The position numbers were made by a program, and so were the translations under genes. This document shows positions 30,661 through 40,357 of a stretch of 48,008 nucleotides of DNA, piece after piece (position 1 is the stretch's first letter; every line of letters begins with the position of its first letter). The notes beneath the pieces were generated by a model. That model saw nothing but the letters and a program-made list of their open reading frames with translations, did not search any database and was not told the DNA's origin. Origin of the DNA: a virus (taxonomy: Duplodnaviria; Heunggongvirae; Uroviricota; Caudoviricetes); the IMG/VR virus record IMGVR_UViG_2850778813_000004, one strand, 5' to 3'.

Positions 30661-31332
30661 TTATCCCTGTCGCCCGATAACCACGACCTTTCCGCCCCCG
30701 CCTTCATCACGGGTGCTGATGTCCTGGGATATACGGCGGGAGCCAACCAGCATTTCCCCGTAAGGCACCGGCATCGGGTTCCCCTGGGCAATCATGTTAT
30801 CCAGCGAGGAAAAGTACGTGTTCTGTCTGCCGTTATCCGTTGCGCGGTAATCCGGTGTTTTTGCCTTCGGGGCCAGCATCTGGGCCACACCGCCCAGAAT
30901 CATGCTGGCTCCAAGTGAAAACAGCATCGTGGTGGCAGAAAAACCACCGGCTGCCAGGGCTGAACCCCATAACGCCATTGATGCCCCGGCAGTGAAGAAA
31001 GAGCCCACGATGGCTGCCGCCCCCAACACAATCTGCAGTCCACCCTTTCCGGCCCCGGCCAGTCGCGGCACAATGTGGATGACCGTTCCCTCACCCAGCT
31101 GTTCGTGAAGACGGGCATACACCGCCTCCGGTGCCGTGTCATCACCGGCAATACGTATCTGGTACCAGCCTTCGTTCATCTGACGGCGAAAGCCCGGCAT
31201 CTGCATCGACAGGGCGCGAATGGCTTCCGCTGCCGTGTTCACATACAGGCTGAGGCGGCGGCCAAATCGTTGCAAATCCCCGTGAAGGCAGATGGTGAAG
31301 CAGCTCACCGTTGCCGCAGTAAATGGTGGCAT
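30661..31332 (-). CDS. I: Tail assembly protein I
   Basis: 223 aa from ATG at 31332; ...ICLHGDLQRFGRR...AIRALSMQMPGFRRQ...LAGAGKGG... collinear with lambda I. Confidence 0.8.
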   Translation of the reverse strand: MPPFTAATVSCFTICLHGDLQRFGRRLSLYVNTAAEAIRALSMQMPGFRRQMNEGWYQIRIAGDDTAPEAVYARLHEQLGEGTVIHIVPRLAGAGKGGLQIVLGAAAIVGSFFTAGASMALWGSALAAGGFSATTMLFSLGASMILGGVAQMLAPKAKTPDYRATDNGRQNTYFSSLDNMIAQGNPMPVPYGEMLVGSRRISQDISTRDEGGGGKVVVIGRQG

Positions 31333-31881
31333 GGTTCGGTACCGAAGCACCAAAGCAGCACAGCAGAATATCGCCCGGCTGTGCAGAGGACAGGGGCACC
31401 CGGTAAAAGCCGGTGACCGCCATATTGTCCAGGTACAGGTTCTGGCCGTTGCGCCACCAGTCATCCTCGCGATGAAAATCCGGCATATCAATTCCCGCCA
31501 GATGGTATGCATCCCGGAACAGCGTGTAACAGTCCGTCACCCCGTGCTCAAAGCGCCGTCCTGTCAGATGTGGCACACAGCGGAATTTATGAATTTCCCC
31601 CCGGCAGACCAGCCACCAGGGCAGTGCGCTTTTTATCTGCAGCCGCCGGTCAGCCTCGCTCAGCCAGGGCAGCTCACCGGGATGACTGTGGACCAGTGCC
31701 ACAATCTCCCCCTGCATCTCTGCCCGCAGCCAGTCTTCCGGTGCGATACGAAAATACGCCTCCGGCTCTGCAGAAATATTCACACAAGGGATATACCGCT
31801 CCCCCTCCGGCGTGCTTATCACGAAGCCGCACGACTCCGCAGGCGCACACCGCCGGGCATGCGCCAGAATCGCTGATTCAG
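31142..31881 (-). CDS. K: Tail assembly protein K (NlpC/P60-like peptidase fold)
   Basis: 246 aa from ATG at 31881 (MTQTESAILAHARRCAPAESCGFVISTPEGERYIPCVNISAEPE...); 3' end overlaps I by 190 nt. Confidence 0.8.
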
Positions 31882-31901
31882 TCTGTGTCATAAACCGGGA
31901 T

Positions 31902-32600
31902 TTACTGCGAAAGTTTATTAATGGAAAGGAAACCGCCAAAATTGCCGACATTCCTGCGCAGTTCACACCCGCGCATGCACTTGCTGCATCTGTCCTTACG
32001 GATATCCGTGGTGGGTTTATCGAACTCATCCGCCACAGCCCCGCCCGTGTAACCACACTCATCAGAGCGGTAGGTCCACATACAGGTGTTCGCCAGCATG
32101 ATACGACCGGGAAACAGCGCCCCGTCCGTCTCGGTCGGTGTAGCCAGCACAAACGAGGCCGTCATGGCTGTCAGCTGCGACATCTGCTCCACCACCCAGC
32201 GGTCACTCAGCTCCTGCTCCGGGTCCGCCTCCGGATTGCCCGCAACGAAATTCACCGCATCCAGAAAACGGGCATACACCCGGCGGCGGACCACCGTGGC
32301 CCCCACCAGACTCTGCAGGTCTTCCGCCATCCCGGTGACCAGACCGAACAGATTGGACACCGTCAGCGACGGTCTGGCACTGCTGCCCCGGCCGTTCATC
32401 TCAAAGCCGCTGCCGTCAATCGGGTATGCCTCATACTTACGCCCCTGCCAGGTGACCGGCTCCCCTTTTTCATTCAGCTCATTACAGAAAAAATACCGCT
32501 CACCACCCTGCACCGTCAGGTCGATTTCCCAGAGTACCACCCGCGGTGACTGCTCTGACTTAACCGACTCGTTCAGCCTTTCTTCGCGAATATCCTGCAT
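31902..32600 (-). CDS. L: Minor tail protein L
   Basis: 232-aa ORF with Cys-rich C-terminus (CSKCMRGC), collinear with lambda L. Confidence 0.9.
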   Translation of the reverse strand: MQDIREERLNESVKSEQSPRVVLWEIDLTVQGGERYFFCNELNEKGEPVTWQGRKYEAYPIDGSGFEMNGRGSSARPSLTVSNLFGLVTGMAEDLQSLVGATVVRRRVYARFLDAVNFVAGNPEADPEQELSDRWVVEQMSQLTAMTASFVLATPTETDGALFPGRIMLANTCMWTYRSDECGYTGGAVADEFDKPTTDIRKDRCSKCMRGCELRRNVGNFGGFLSINKLSQ

Positions 32601-32929
32601 CAGTTCACCACCTGCTTAAACTCCGCGCTGAACTCAACGCGCAACATCCCGACCCGCGCAGACCACCCGGCACAGGTCACCTTTATCTGCCGGTATGCAT
32701 AAGGCGGTGTCCACAGAAACGCCTTCCAGCCACCGTGCTCTGCCAGGAATTCCTCCAGATGCCGGGCTTCCTCCCGGGTCACGGAAAGCGTCACCCGGTA
32801 TGTTTTCAGGTCAGCACTCAGCCCTGCCGCCATACGCTGCGAATAGCCGTCACCAAAACGCACTTCACGCACCGATGGCCGCGAGTTCACCTCCATATCC
32901 GGTTTCACTTTCCAGCGAAAGGTTTTCAT
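32600..32929 (-). CDS. M: Minor tail protein M
   Basis: 109-aa ORF MKTFRWKVKPDMEVNSRPSVREVRFGDGYSQR..., lambda M homologue. Confidence 0.9.
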   Translation of the reverse strand: MKTFRWKVKPDMEVNSRPSVREVRFGDGYSQRMAAGLSADLKTYRVTLSVTREEARHLEEFLAEHGGWKAFLWTPPYAYRQIKVTCAGWSARVGMLRVEFSAEFKQVVN

Positions 32930-35538
32930 CGCCCGCTCCCCGATAACAGACCGCCATCACGCAACTGCAGCCGGAGCTCATCCTGCGCACCTTTACGGGC
33001 CATCTCATACACCGCTTTCATCAGCTGCGGCCCTGCCTGCCCGTTGGGGCCGTCGTTCTGAATCACCACGTGATTGTTCTGATTAAAATTAATGCCTTCG
33101 GCCCGCCGCATCTGCGCCGGACTTCCGGCACCGCCGACATAACCACCTTCCGCATACCCGCGCATCAGACGATACAGGTTGCCGACACCAATCCGGCTGG
33201 TCGCCTCCTTCGTGAAGACAAACTCCCCGCGATGGACAATCCCCGCAGGCTCATATTTGCCGCCCGTCCCCGTAAATCCTCCGGTCGCGAAATGGAAGTT
33301 CGCCGCCGCAGCCTGAATGGCCGTCCCCGTGGAAGCGGATGCGCCACCACCGAAAGCACCACCAATGGCGCTGCCGATACGCCCGACAATCCCCACCATC
33401 GCCTGCTTCAGAAAAATCTCTGTCAGCATGGAGAGCACGGAACGGGTGAAACCACGCCAGTTCTGTTCGCTGCCGGTCAGCATCGCCGCCATATTCTGTG
33501 CAATACCGTCAAAGGTCTGCGTGGCCACACTTTTTACCTGCGAAAAACTGTCCGTCGCACTTTCCGCCCACTCGCCCCAGCCGGACTTCATCCCGGCCAT
33601 CCAGCTTCCACGAAGCTGCTCCTCCGCAGACCAGGTGTTCTTCAGTGCAGATGTGGCCTTCGCCAGCGCAGCCGGATTATCACCGTACACCTCACGAAGG
33701 CGCTGCTCTTCCGACTCCCGCTGCGCCTGACGGTCGGTGAGTCCGCGGGCTTTTGCGCTGATTGCCGCCTGCTTCGCGCTCTGCTGCTGTTCAAACCGCG
33801 CCGCCTGCTGTGCCAGCTCATTCAGCCGCTTCTGGTGTTCAATCTTGTCTCCCAGCTCAGCCAGCTGGCGTTTGTACTCCAGCGTCTCTTTCTCATGAGC
33901 CAGCAGGGATTTTTCCTGCCAGGATAACTGCCGTTTCGTGGCAGCCTCTTTCAGGACCGCATACTGACTTTCCGCCTTCCATAAATCACGGCGCTGCCGG
34001 CTGATTTTCTCATTCGCACCGCTGTGTTTTTCCAGCGTCCTGAGCTCAGCTTCAAGGGCAAGCAGAGCCTCTCTTGCCTGCTCCTCTTCCCTCTCCCCGG
34101 CAGAGCGCGTTTTCGGTGATGTATGCTTTTTACCTGTCAGCTCTTCAGCCAGACGGCTGACGGCTTCCTGCTGCCCAAGACCTTTGCTGACGCCTGTTGC
34201 ACGCGAGCGGTTGATGTACCCCATTTCCCCCTGGCGTATACGCGCATCCCGTTCCGCAATGGATTTTCTCAGCGCCAGTTCATCGCGTTTTGTTTTCTCA
34301 ATAAATACGCGGTTCTCTTCTGCCAGTTCACCAAACAACGCACCAACGCCGGGCACATTCTTTGTCGTTTCCCAGGCTGACTGAATAAATTCAGCCAGCG
34401 CCAGATCCCCCTGCACAAGCAGCAGCTTCACCTGTTCAACGGTTCCGGCCACCACGTCAGTGATCAGACTGAGTGCCCCCAGTGTATGATCACCTATCCA
34501 TGCCCATGCGTCAGAAGTCCAGGTTTTAACATCGTCCCAGATTTTTTCCACCGGCGTGGCCGCTTTATCAAGTTGCTCCAGACGTGCATTCATGACATCC
34601 GCAAACAGGGACATCGCCTCCGTCACCGCAGCCTGTTTACCTTTCGTGCGCTCAAGCTCATCAATATGGCGTAACTGGGAAACGCTCAGGAAGTTATACT
34701 GCTGATTCAGGGAGGCCAGCGCCTTCACCGGATCTGCTGCAATCCCTTCAAAGGCTTTTTCCACCTTCCCGGCATCGTCCCCCACCGTCTGCAGCCATCT
34801 CTGAGAGGTTTCCCCCATGATCCGTAGCTGCCCGGCGGTATATTTCCCGCTTTCTGCCAGACGGGCCAGATTTTCTGCCGCCTGTCTGATACCACCACCG
34901 GCTTCATCGCTGATCACCCCGGCCATTTTCCACAATTCTGCCGTTGTGGTGGCAGCCGCCCCTCCGGTCAGGATCAGTGAACGCAATAAGGCCCGGTCAG
35001 CCTGCTCTGCCTGCCAGGCGGCGGCAGCAAGCGCGGCCAGTACGGCAACCCCGCCACCTGCCGCCACACGGACCACCGACATAAATCGTCCCAGCTCACC
35101 GGCATTCCGGGCATTTTCAGCCAGTGCATTTGCCGTATCTGACAGCGACTCCTCTGATGATTCAGAGGCATCCCTGATCCCGAGAAGTTCCTCCTTCAGC
35201 AGGGTAAGCAGGCTGAGCGGTTCACCGAATGAATCGCTGATCTGCCCCCCCTGCTGCAGCATGATAAGGAAGGGATTCTGACCACCGGCAAGCTGAGTGA
35301 CAATATCCGTGAACTGTGCGGGCAGTGTGCGCATGGCAGCCTTATACTGTCCGACTGATATCCCGGCTTTTTGTGCAGCCAGCGCCTGTCGGCTCAGCCC
35401 CTGTTCAACAGTACTGGCGGTTTTTCTGGCATCCGCCTCCAGACTGGAAAAATGACGGCGTACCCGGGCCATCTGTTCATCAAACCGGGCCGCATCCAGA
35501 CTCAAATCAATAACCAGATCACCCGCTGGCTGGGACAT
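32926..35538 (-). CDS. H: Tail tape measure protein H
   Basis: 870-aa ORF; N-terminal MSQPAGDLVIDLSLDAARFDEQMARVRRHF and C-terminal ...GIVHRGEFVFTKEATSRIGVGNLYRLMRGYA... match lambda H; central region differs. Confidence 0.9.
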   Translation of the reverse strand: MSQPAGDLVIDLSLDAARFDEQMARVRRHFSSLEADARKTASTVEQGLSRQALAAQKAGISVGQYKAAMRTLPAQFTDIVTQLAGGQNPFLIMLQQGGQISDSFGEPLSLLTLLKEELLGIRDASESSEESLSDTANALAENARNAGELGRFMSVVRVAAGGGVAVLAALAAAAWQAEQADRALLRSLILTGGAAATTTAELWKMAGVISDEAGGGIRQAAENLARLAESGKYTAGQLRIMGETSQRWLQTVGDDAGKVEKAFEGIAADPVKALASLNQQYNFLSVSQLRHIDELERTKGKQAAVTEAMSLFADVMNARLEQLDKAATPVEKIWDDVKTWTSDAWAWIGDHTLGALSLITDVVAGTVEQVKLLLVQGDLALAEFIQSAWETTKNVPGVGALFGELAEENRVFIEKTKRDELALRKSIAERDARIRQGEMGYINRSRATGVSKGLGQQEAVSRLAEELTGKKHTSPKTRSAGEREEEQAREALLALEAELRTLEKHSGANEKISRQRRDLWKAESQYAVLKEAATKRQLSWQEKSLLAHEKETLEYKRQLAELGDKIEHQKRLNELAQQAARFEQQQSAKQAAISAKARGLTDRQAQRESEEQRLREVYGDNPAALAKATSALKNTWSAEEQLRGSWMAGMKSGWGEWAESATDSFSQVKSVATQTFDGIAQNMAAMLTGSEQNWRGFTRSVLSMLTEIFLKQAMVGIVGRIGSAIGGAFGGGASASTGTAIQAAAANFHFATGGFTGTGGKYEPAGIVHRGEFVFTKEATSRIGVGNLYRLMRGYAEGGYVGGAGSPAQMRRAEGINFNQNNHVVIQNDGPNGQAGPQLMKAVYEMARKGAQDELRLQLRDGGLLSGSGR

Positions 35539-35932
35539 ATCTCACACCTCCGGAAATCCCCGCTGAAGCCATCATTAATGCAACATCATCCTCGCTGACA
35601 TCCACCACATTCGCAGAAGGTGAAATATCGCGCCCTCCGTCCCCTCCGAACCGGACGCCTCCGGCAACTCCTGTCGCTTTCTGCATCAGCATTTCTTCCT
35701 CGTCCGGCATCTCCGTCTGCTCTTCCTCACACGCTGGAGCAAGCAGACTGAAATCCGCCGGATGCATATCCGGATCGCCAAAAAACAGGCTGAGTACGGC
35801 GTACATCAGCCCGGAAAAATGAGCGTCCAGTTGGGTATCCTGAAAATAATGCGTGCAGTAAAAACGTCGCCAGTCGGCATATTCGGTGGATGTCATCCCG
35901 GCAAGCATGGCGCGCCAGTCGGGTCTCCCCAT
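35519..35932 (-). CDS. T: Tail assembly chaperone T-frame segment (normally expressed as G-T fusion)
   Basis: 137-aa ORF with acidic C-terminal half; in the +1 frame relative to G instead of the expected -1. Confidence 0.65.
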   Translation of the reverse strand: MGRPDWRAMLAGMTSTEYADWRRFYCTHYFQDTQLDAHFSGLMYAVLSLFFGDPDMHPADFSLLAPACEEEQTEMPDEEEMLMQKATGVAGGVRFGGDGGRDISPSANVVDVSEDDVALMMASAGISGGVRYVPASG

Positions 35933-36350
35933 CTCTCGCGCCAGTTTCAGGACAAGTTACCGGCTCAGTCGCTTCTGCTTTCCCGGTTTGTTCAGGATCG
36001 GCATCGTGCCGGTTATCCAGCATACCTGAAAGATAAAGCACCCGGTTCGTTGCCTGATTCAGTGCATCAGCAGGCCATCCCAGCATCACTTCACGGCGGA
36101 TCTGCTGCATCTCTGTCTCCGGAGAGGCCAGAGTGCCTTTGAGGGAATGGGTATGCCATAGCGACATCGCCACAAGCAGGGATGCCGTTTCCAGATATCG
36201 CTGGTTAATGTGCACGACATCATGCTTCGTTGTCTCCTGTTGTTCTGCGTCTGAAACAAACTTTATATAATCAAACCGCTGCAGCGCAGACAATTCGGAA
36301 AGCGTGACAGACACACCGTTATATTCAAATTGTTCTGTTTTCAGAAACAT
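35727..36350 (-). CDS. G: Tail assembly chaperone G, aberrantly extended (207 aa; about 140 expected)
   Basis: Starts MFLKTEQFEYNGVSVTLSELSALQR (SD ggagg); reads through the GGGAAAG heptamer (complement of 35978-35984) as GGG-AAA without the usual nearby stop. Confidence 0.65.
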   Translation of the reverse strand: MFLKTEQFEYNGVSVTLSELSALQRFDYIKFVSDAEQQETTKHDVVHINQRYLETASLLVAMSLWHTHSLKGTLASPETEMQQIRREVMLGWPADALNQATNRVLYLSGMLDNRHDADPEQTGKAEATEPVTCPETGARDGETRLARHACRDDIHRICRLATFLLHALFSGYPTGRSFFRADVRRTQPVFWRSGYASGGFQSACSSV

Positions 36351-36363
36351 GTATTACCTCCGT

Positions 36364-37116
36364 TTACCCTGCAGCGCCCGCTTCAGTAACGGTGACTTCA
36401 GCCACTGCGGCGAACTGACCATTTCCGCTCACCACAAGGATCTGCACCTTACCTGTCGCCACGCCGTTTACCGTAATTGTCATATCTTTCACACTAATGG
36501 TGGCTTTCGACGGATCGGCGGAAACCGCTCTGAACGTCTTGTCGGTTGCACTTTCCGGCTCAAAAGAAACCGTCAGGGTGGTTGTTTTCCCTTTTGCCAC
36601 CGTACCGGATGTCGGCGTCACCTTAATCGCACTGACCGGCGTAATTTTGCTGCGTTCTTCCGCTACAGAAGGTTTACCCACGTTAGTGACTTTCACCGTG
36701 CGGGTGATCACTTCTTTCGCCGTCACGGCCTTACCGATACTGCTGACCCAGCCACGAAACACATCCACCGTGCCATTCGGAAAACGGATTTTATAGGCCC
36801 GGACATCGCCGCTTTCAAACCAGCCTATAAGCCCTTTCTGGCCTTCCTCTCCCGGTTTCCAGGCCAGCGTAAAGCTGGTATCACCTGCAGATTTCTGCCC
36901 CTGCCCGGTCGCGTTCCAGTCCGCGTCTTCATCATCCAGGTAGTTATCATCGTAGGATTCTGCCGTCATCTCGCCCGGCGTCAGATCCTTCACCTTAGCC
37001 AGTCGCTGCCAGTCATCGTCTGACAACGGGTTTGCATAAGCATCACCCTTGCCGTTGTAAACCCACAGAGTGGTACCGGCACCTTTTACCGGCTCAAGGG
37101 GATTTGGTGTTGCCAT
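36364..37116 (-). CDS. V: Major tail protein V
   Basis: 250-aa [52 protein letters not shown]... collinear with lambda V including the C-terminal Ig-like domain. Confidence 0.9.
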   Translation of the reverse strand: MATPNPLEPVKGAGTTLWVYNGKGDAYANPLSDDDWQRLAKVKDLTPGEMTAESYDDNYLDDEDADWNATGQGQKSAGDTSFTLAWKPGEEGQKGLIGWFESGDVRAYKIRFPNGTVDVFRGWVSSIGKAVTAKEVITRTVKVTNVGKPSVAEERSKITPVSAIKVTPTSGTVAKGKTTTLTVSFEPESATDKTFRAVSADPSKATISVKDMTITVNGVATGKVQILVVSGNGQFAAVAEVTVTEAGAAG

Positions 37117-37123
37117 ATCGTCC

Positions 37124-37519
37124 TCACATCTCGTATGTAATGGAATAAGTCAGATCTGCAGAACTCCATAACGCCATATCGTCATCACGACGATACTCAT
37201 AGCCCTGCGTAACCATCGTGGTAATCAGTCCTGCCAGTGCCGGGATCGCAGTCATCGCCGGGTAAATCCGGCTTTCCATCCACTGATCAAGCTCTGAATC
37301 CGGTACCTGTGCCGGTAAAAACACCTCAATATGCAGCGTGGCCCGCCAGGTATCTGCATCCAGCTCTTCACCGGTATACTCTGCATCCGTCAGATAAACC
37401 GCGATCGCAGGAAAATCCTCTTCGTCAAAAACAACGGGGCGACCATCAAACAGCGTCGCCCCGTGTTCATGCTGCTCGAGTGCATCCAGCACTGCGGCAC
37501 GAATGTCAGTGTGTTTCAT
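37124..37519 (-). CDS. U: Tail terminator protein U
   Basis: 131-aa ORF in the lambda U position with similar length. Confidence 0.85.
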   Translation of the reverse strand: MKHTDIRAAVLDALEQHEHGATLFDGRPVVFDEEDFPAIAVYLTDAEYTGEELDADTWRATLHIEVFLPAQVPDSELDQWMESRIYPAMTAIPALAGLITTMVTQGYEYRRDDDMALWSSADLTYSITYEM

Positions 37520-38091
37520 CGTTTTATCGCAATCCTCAGTTGTTGTTTCAGCGCGTATGCCAGTTCTTTAGGCAGGCGTTCACGCCGGATACGGTCAACA
37601 TTCTCATCAAATGCCTGTTTCAGTGGGGCCGCCATCGGGATTTTCACCACCTGAATGGGAAGGCGATTACGCTTTTTCCTTCCCTTGTCGTCATTGCCCT
37701 CCTCATATCTGGCCTGGGGAAGACGTTGCATAACATGCCAGCGCCCATTATTTAATCGCTGGATAAATGCCCGCTGATAACGATGCTGACCGGCTTTGAG
37801 TATGCTGTTCGGACGACGTCCCAGCATTCTGATCCCCAACTTAATCACAGGGAGATCACCGCGGTTAACGATAATTCTGGCATTCGGATTTCTGACCGTC
37901 GCCCGTTTCAGTCTGGACCGTTCCTTTACCAGTTTCCGTCTCACCCTGGTTTCCCGGGCAACCTGTGACGAAGACTGATTAATCGCCGTTGTGGCCACGC
38001 GGTTAATCGTCATTGCTGAAGCCGCCGGAATGGCGTTTTTACGAACCCGGCTCAGATTATCAATCGCCTGATCAAGCCCTTTTATCGCCAT
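37516..38091 (-). CDS. Z: Tail completion protein Z
   Basis: 191-aa ORF in the lambda Z position. Confidence 0.85.
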   Translation of the reverse strand: MAIKGLDQAIDNLSRVRKNAIPAASAMTINRVATTAINQSSSQVARETRVRRKLVKERSRLKRATVRNPNARIIVNRGDLPVIKLGIRMLGRRPNSILKAGQHRYQRAFIQRLNNGRWHVMQRLPQARYEEGNDDKGRKKRNRLPIQVVKIPMAAPLKQAFDENVDRIRRERLPKELAYALKQQLRIAIKR

Positions 38092-38106
38092 AATTTCACC
38101 CTGCGT

Positions 38107-38460
38107 TTATCGTCGCCGGTTAACAGCGGGTGGTTGCCCACGGTTGAGCCAGAGATAACAGCTTCCCCCGTCATCCGGAGAAATACGATCCACCCAGAAC
38201 ATCTCGCCGTTAATGGTCAGCGTGTCACCACGCCGCACGGCACGCACCGTATCCGTCCGCACAAATAATGACGGGCTGCTTCCTTCAATACGGACCCCGC
38301 CACCGGCAAAACCCAGCGACTCCGGATCGTCAAAAACCCCCTGAACTTCGCTTCCACGCTGTGCTCCCGAGGTGAACTGCGCACAGAGCCCCATCACTTC
38401 AACAATCGTGCTGTCCACCCCGGCAAGGGCAGCATCAAAGGCATTCTGAAAATCACGCAT
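38107..38460 (-). CDS. FII: Head-tail joining protein FII
   Basis: 117-aa ORF in the lambda FII position. Confidence 0.85.
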   Translation of the reverse strand: MRDFQNAFDAALAGVDSTIVEVMGLCAQFTSGAQRGSEVQGVFDDPESLGFAGGGVRIEGSSPSLFVRTDTVRAVRRGDTLTINGEMFWVDRISPDDGGSCYLWLNRGQPPAVNRRR

Positions 38461-38836
38461 GCTCAGCCGTTCCGTGCTGTATCATGGCTGTCGCCAGTGG
38501 TGATGGCACCATAACACGCATGCCCCGGTACGTCAGTTCAACGGGACGGCCTGTCTCCGGGCAATACCCCATCACATGCAGGCATTTCCGCACACGGACC
38601 GCTTTAACATCATCCGTAGCATCCGTGTTGTTCAACTGCTCACCATCGTCTGTGTGATTTTGATCAGCCCCGCTCTCATCAGAGTGCATAATGCCCTCCG
38701 GGGAAACAGCAAGCTCCTCTTCCCACTCAGACACACGTTGAGCAATATCCGCAGCACTCCCCGACATATCCGCCTCGCGCCCCAGCAGGCCAGCCAGTTG
38801 ACGAAGACGATTCAGATTTTCTTCTTTTGTTGCCAT
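38453..38836 (-). CDS. FI: DNA-packaging protein FI
   Basis: 127 aa from ATG at 38836 (SD aggagg); position and size match lambda FI. Confidence 0.75.
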   Translation of the reverse strand: MATKEENLNRLRQLAGLLGREADMSGSAADIAQRVSEWEEELAVSPEGIMHSDESGADQNHTDDGEQLNNTDATDDVKAVRVRKCLHVMGYCPETGRPVELTYRGMRVMVPSPLATAMIQHGTAEHA

Positions 38837-38850
38837 CTCAGCCTCCTGTG

Positions 38851-38879
38851 AAAAAAGACACGGGGGCATTTCGCCCCCG
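38851..38879 (-). terminator. Hairpin plus U-tract attenuator between capsid gene E and FI
   Basis: Stem cgggggc / gcccccg (38861-38867, 38873-38879) followed on the minus strand by UGUCUUUUUU. Confidence 0.5.
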
Positions 38880-38887
38880 CTCACGGA

Positions 38888-39916
38888 TTATTTCACCTGT
38901 ACCACCACAAACTCATCCGGATCCGGCAGCACCATCAGCGGTGCGGACTGCGTCATGGTGAATTCACGGGCCGGATCGCCCACAGTCAGCCAGTGTTTCG
39001 GATAACGGGAAGAGGCCACCACACCTTCGGACAACGCCTGCGCATCCTGAATGGCACCATAGCAACGAATGCCCTCTGCTGCCGTATTCCCCAGGACCAG
39101 TGTGCCCTCCGGCAGATAACGTTTTTCGGTACCGTCCTCTGCCACATAAGACGTTTTCGCCACCACAATGGCCAGATCGCCGTAATACCCCTTGAAGGAC
39201 ACCACCGCCCCCAGGTCTTTCACTGCCGTTTCGAGTTGTGAATTTGAGCCGCGACGGGTATCCAGTTTTTCGCGGAACAGCTTAAAGCCATTCAGCAGAC
39301 GCCAGACCGTACCGTCCATAATGGCGATATTCACAAGGCCGCTGGCCTGATCGCAGTAGAGGTCAATATCATGCGTCGGATCAAACGTATCACGGTCCTG
39401 CTCAGACCATTTTTTACCGTCAGCCTGCTCAATGTTATTTCCTTCAGAGCGCCCGAAATCCACCTCGACAGTATCAAACTGATCCCCTTCCATGGTGTAT
39501 TTGCCATACAGCACGGCATTCACCGCCTGCATTTCTTCCACCTGGACAATGGCGTGCTCTTCCTGTTTGAGGTTATCGGTAATGATACGCAGACGACGGT
39601 AGGCCGGGTCGTTCAGCTGAGCCGGATCTTCACCAGGAAGGCGCTCAACCGCCTGCTGGTAATTAAATTCGTGTTTGGGCTTGACGTAGCCCGGACGTAA
39701 CACGCGGGTTTCACCACCGCGATGGCGAAGCACTTTTCCTTCAACGATCGGGGAGACATAGGCCGCCACCGGCGTTTTTCCGGTAATTTTGTCCAGCATC
39801 ACCTCTTCGGTGTGGAAATTCACCGTACGGCGGAAAAACAGCTCCAGAAACAGCGCACGGAATTTCACTTTTTGTTCGGTATAACCGAGTAACTGGCGGG
39901 TCGTAAACAATCCCAT
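38888..39916 (-). CDS. E: Major capsid protein E
   Basis: 342-aa ORF collinear with lambda E (...FTMTQSAPLMVLPDPDEFVVVQVK). Confidence 0.9.
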   Translation of the reverse strand: MGLFTTRQLLGYTEQKVKFRALFLELFFRRTVNFHTEEVMLDKITGKTPVAAYVSPIVEGKVLRHRGGETRVLRPGYVKPKHEFNYQQAVERLPGEDPAQLNDPAYRRLRIITDNLKQEEHAIVQVEEMQAVNAVLYGKYTMEGDQFDTVEVDFGRSEGNNIEQADGKKWSEQDRDTFDPTHDIDLYCDQASGLVNIAIMDGTVWRLLNGFKLFREKLDTRRGSNSQLETAVKDLGAVVSFKGYYGDLAIVVAKTSYVAEDGTEKRYLPEGTLVLGNTAAEGIRCYGAIQDAQALSEGVVASSRYPKHWLTVGDPAREFTMTQSAPLMVLPDPDEFVVVQVK

Positions 39917-39973
39917 AAATCAGTTCCTTTCATTAAGAAATCAGTCAGGCCAACGCGGTGGCCTGATAACGTG

Positions 39974-40321
39974 TTACGGCAGCGCCGCGTGACTCAGGGC
40001 TGTGCCGGCAAAGGCATTTGCCTTTTTGTGTTCATCCCCACTGTCAGGCCAGCGGATTGCCTCCGTCGCAAAGGTCCCCGACTTGTAATAGGTCAGCACC
40101 GTCTCTGTGCCTTCAAGCGGCAGTACCAGTATGCCAACCGCACTACCGGCTTTCTGTCCATCCCAGACCACCAGTTTCCCGGTGGCTTCATCCAGCATCA
40201 GGGGCGTCAGAGCCGGTGTTGCCGAGGAAATCCCGCTGCTGCCTGTGGCGGTGTGAGCCGGATCATTACCGGCAAAAATACGTACTTCCGCACGCTGTTC
40301 AGTGATGGTTTTCGTCACCAT
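39974..40321 (-). CDS. D: Capsid decoration protein D
   Basis: 115-aa ORF, ...NDPAHTATGSSGISSATPALTPLMLDEATGKLVVWDG... matches lambda D. Confidence 0.85.
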   Translation of the reverse strand: MVTKTITEQRAEVRIFAGNDPAHTATGSSGISSATPALTPLMLDEATGKLVVWDGQKAGSAVGILVLPLEGTETVLTYYKSGTFATEAIRWPDSGDEHKKANAFAGTALSHAALP

Positions 40322-40357
40322 TTTGTTAAAACCTCATATTGATGGTCAGCACTGACT

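Noticed and set aside
30477-30680. 67-aa ORF (TTG start) and 22-codon minus-strand ORF in the I-J spacer
   Set aside because: The 67-aa ORF has no ribosome-binding site, a non-ATG start and runs through the terminator hairpin; the 22-codon ORF is too short and weakly signalled. The region is interpreted as non-coding or small RNA.
31292-32619. Plus-strand ORFs of 177-245 aa overlapping K and L
   Set aside because: Antisense to conserved tail genes with good lambda collinearity; Arg/Pro-rich translations typical of reverse-frame reading.
36304-37023. 239-aa plus-strand ORF overlapping the major tail protein gene V
   Set aside because: Antisense shadow ORF; V on the minus strand matches lambda V end to end.
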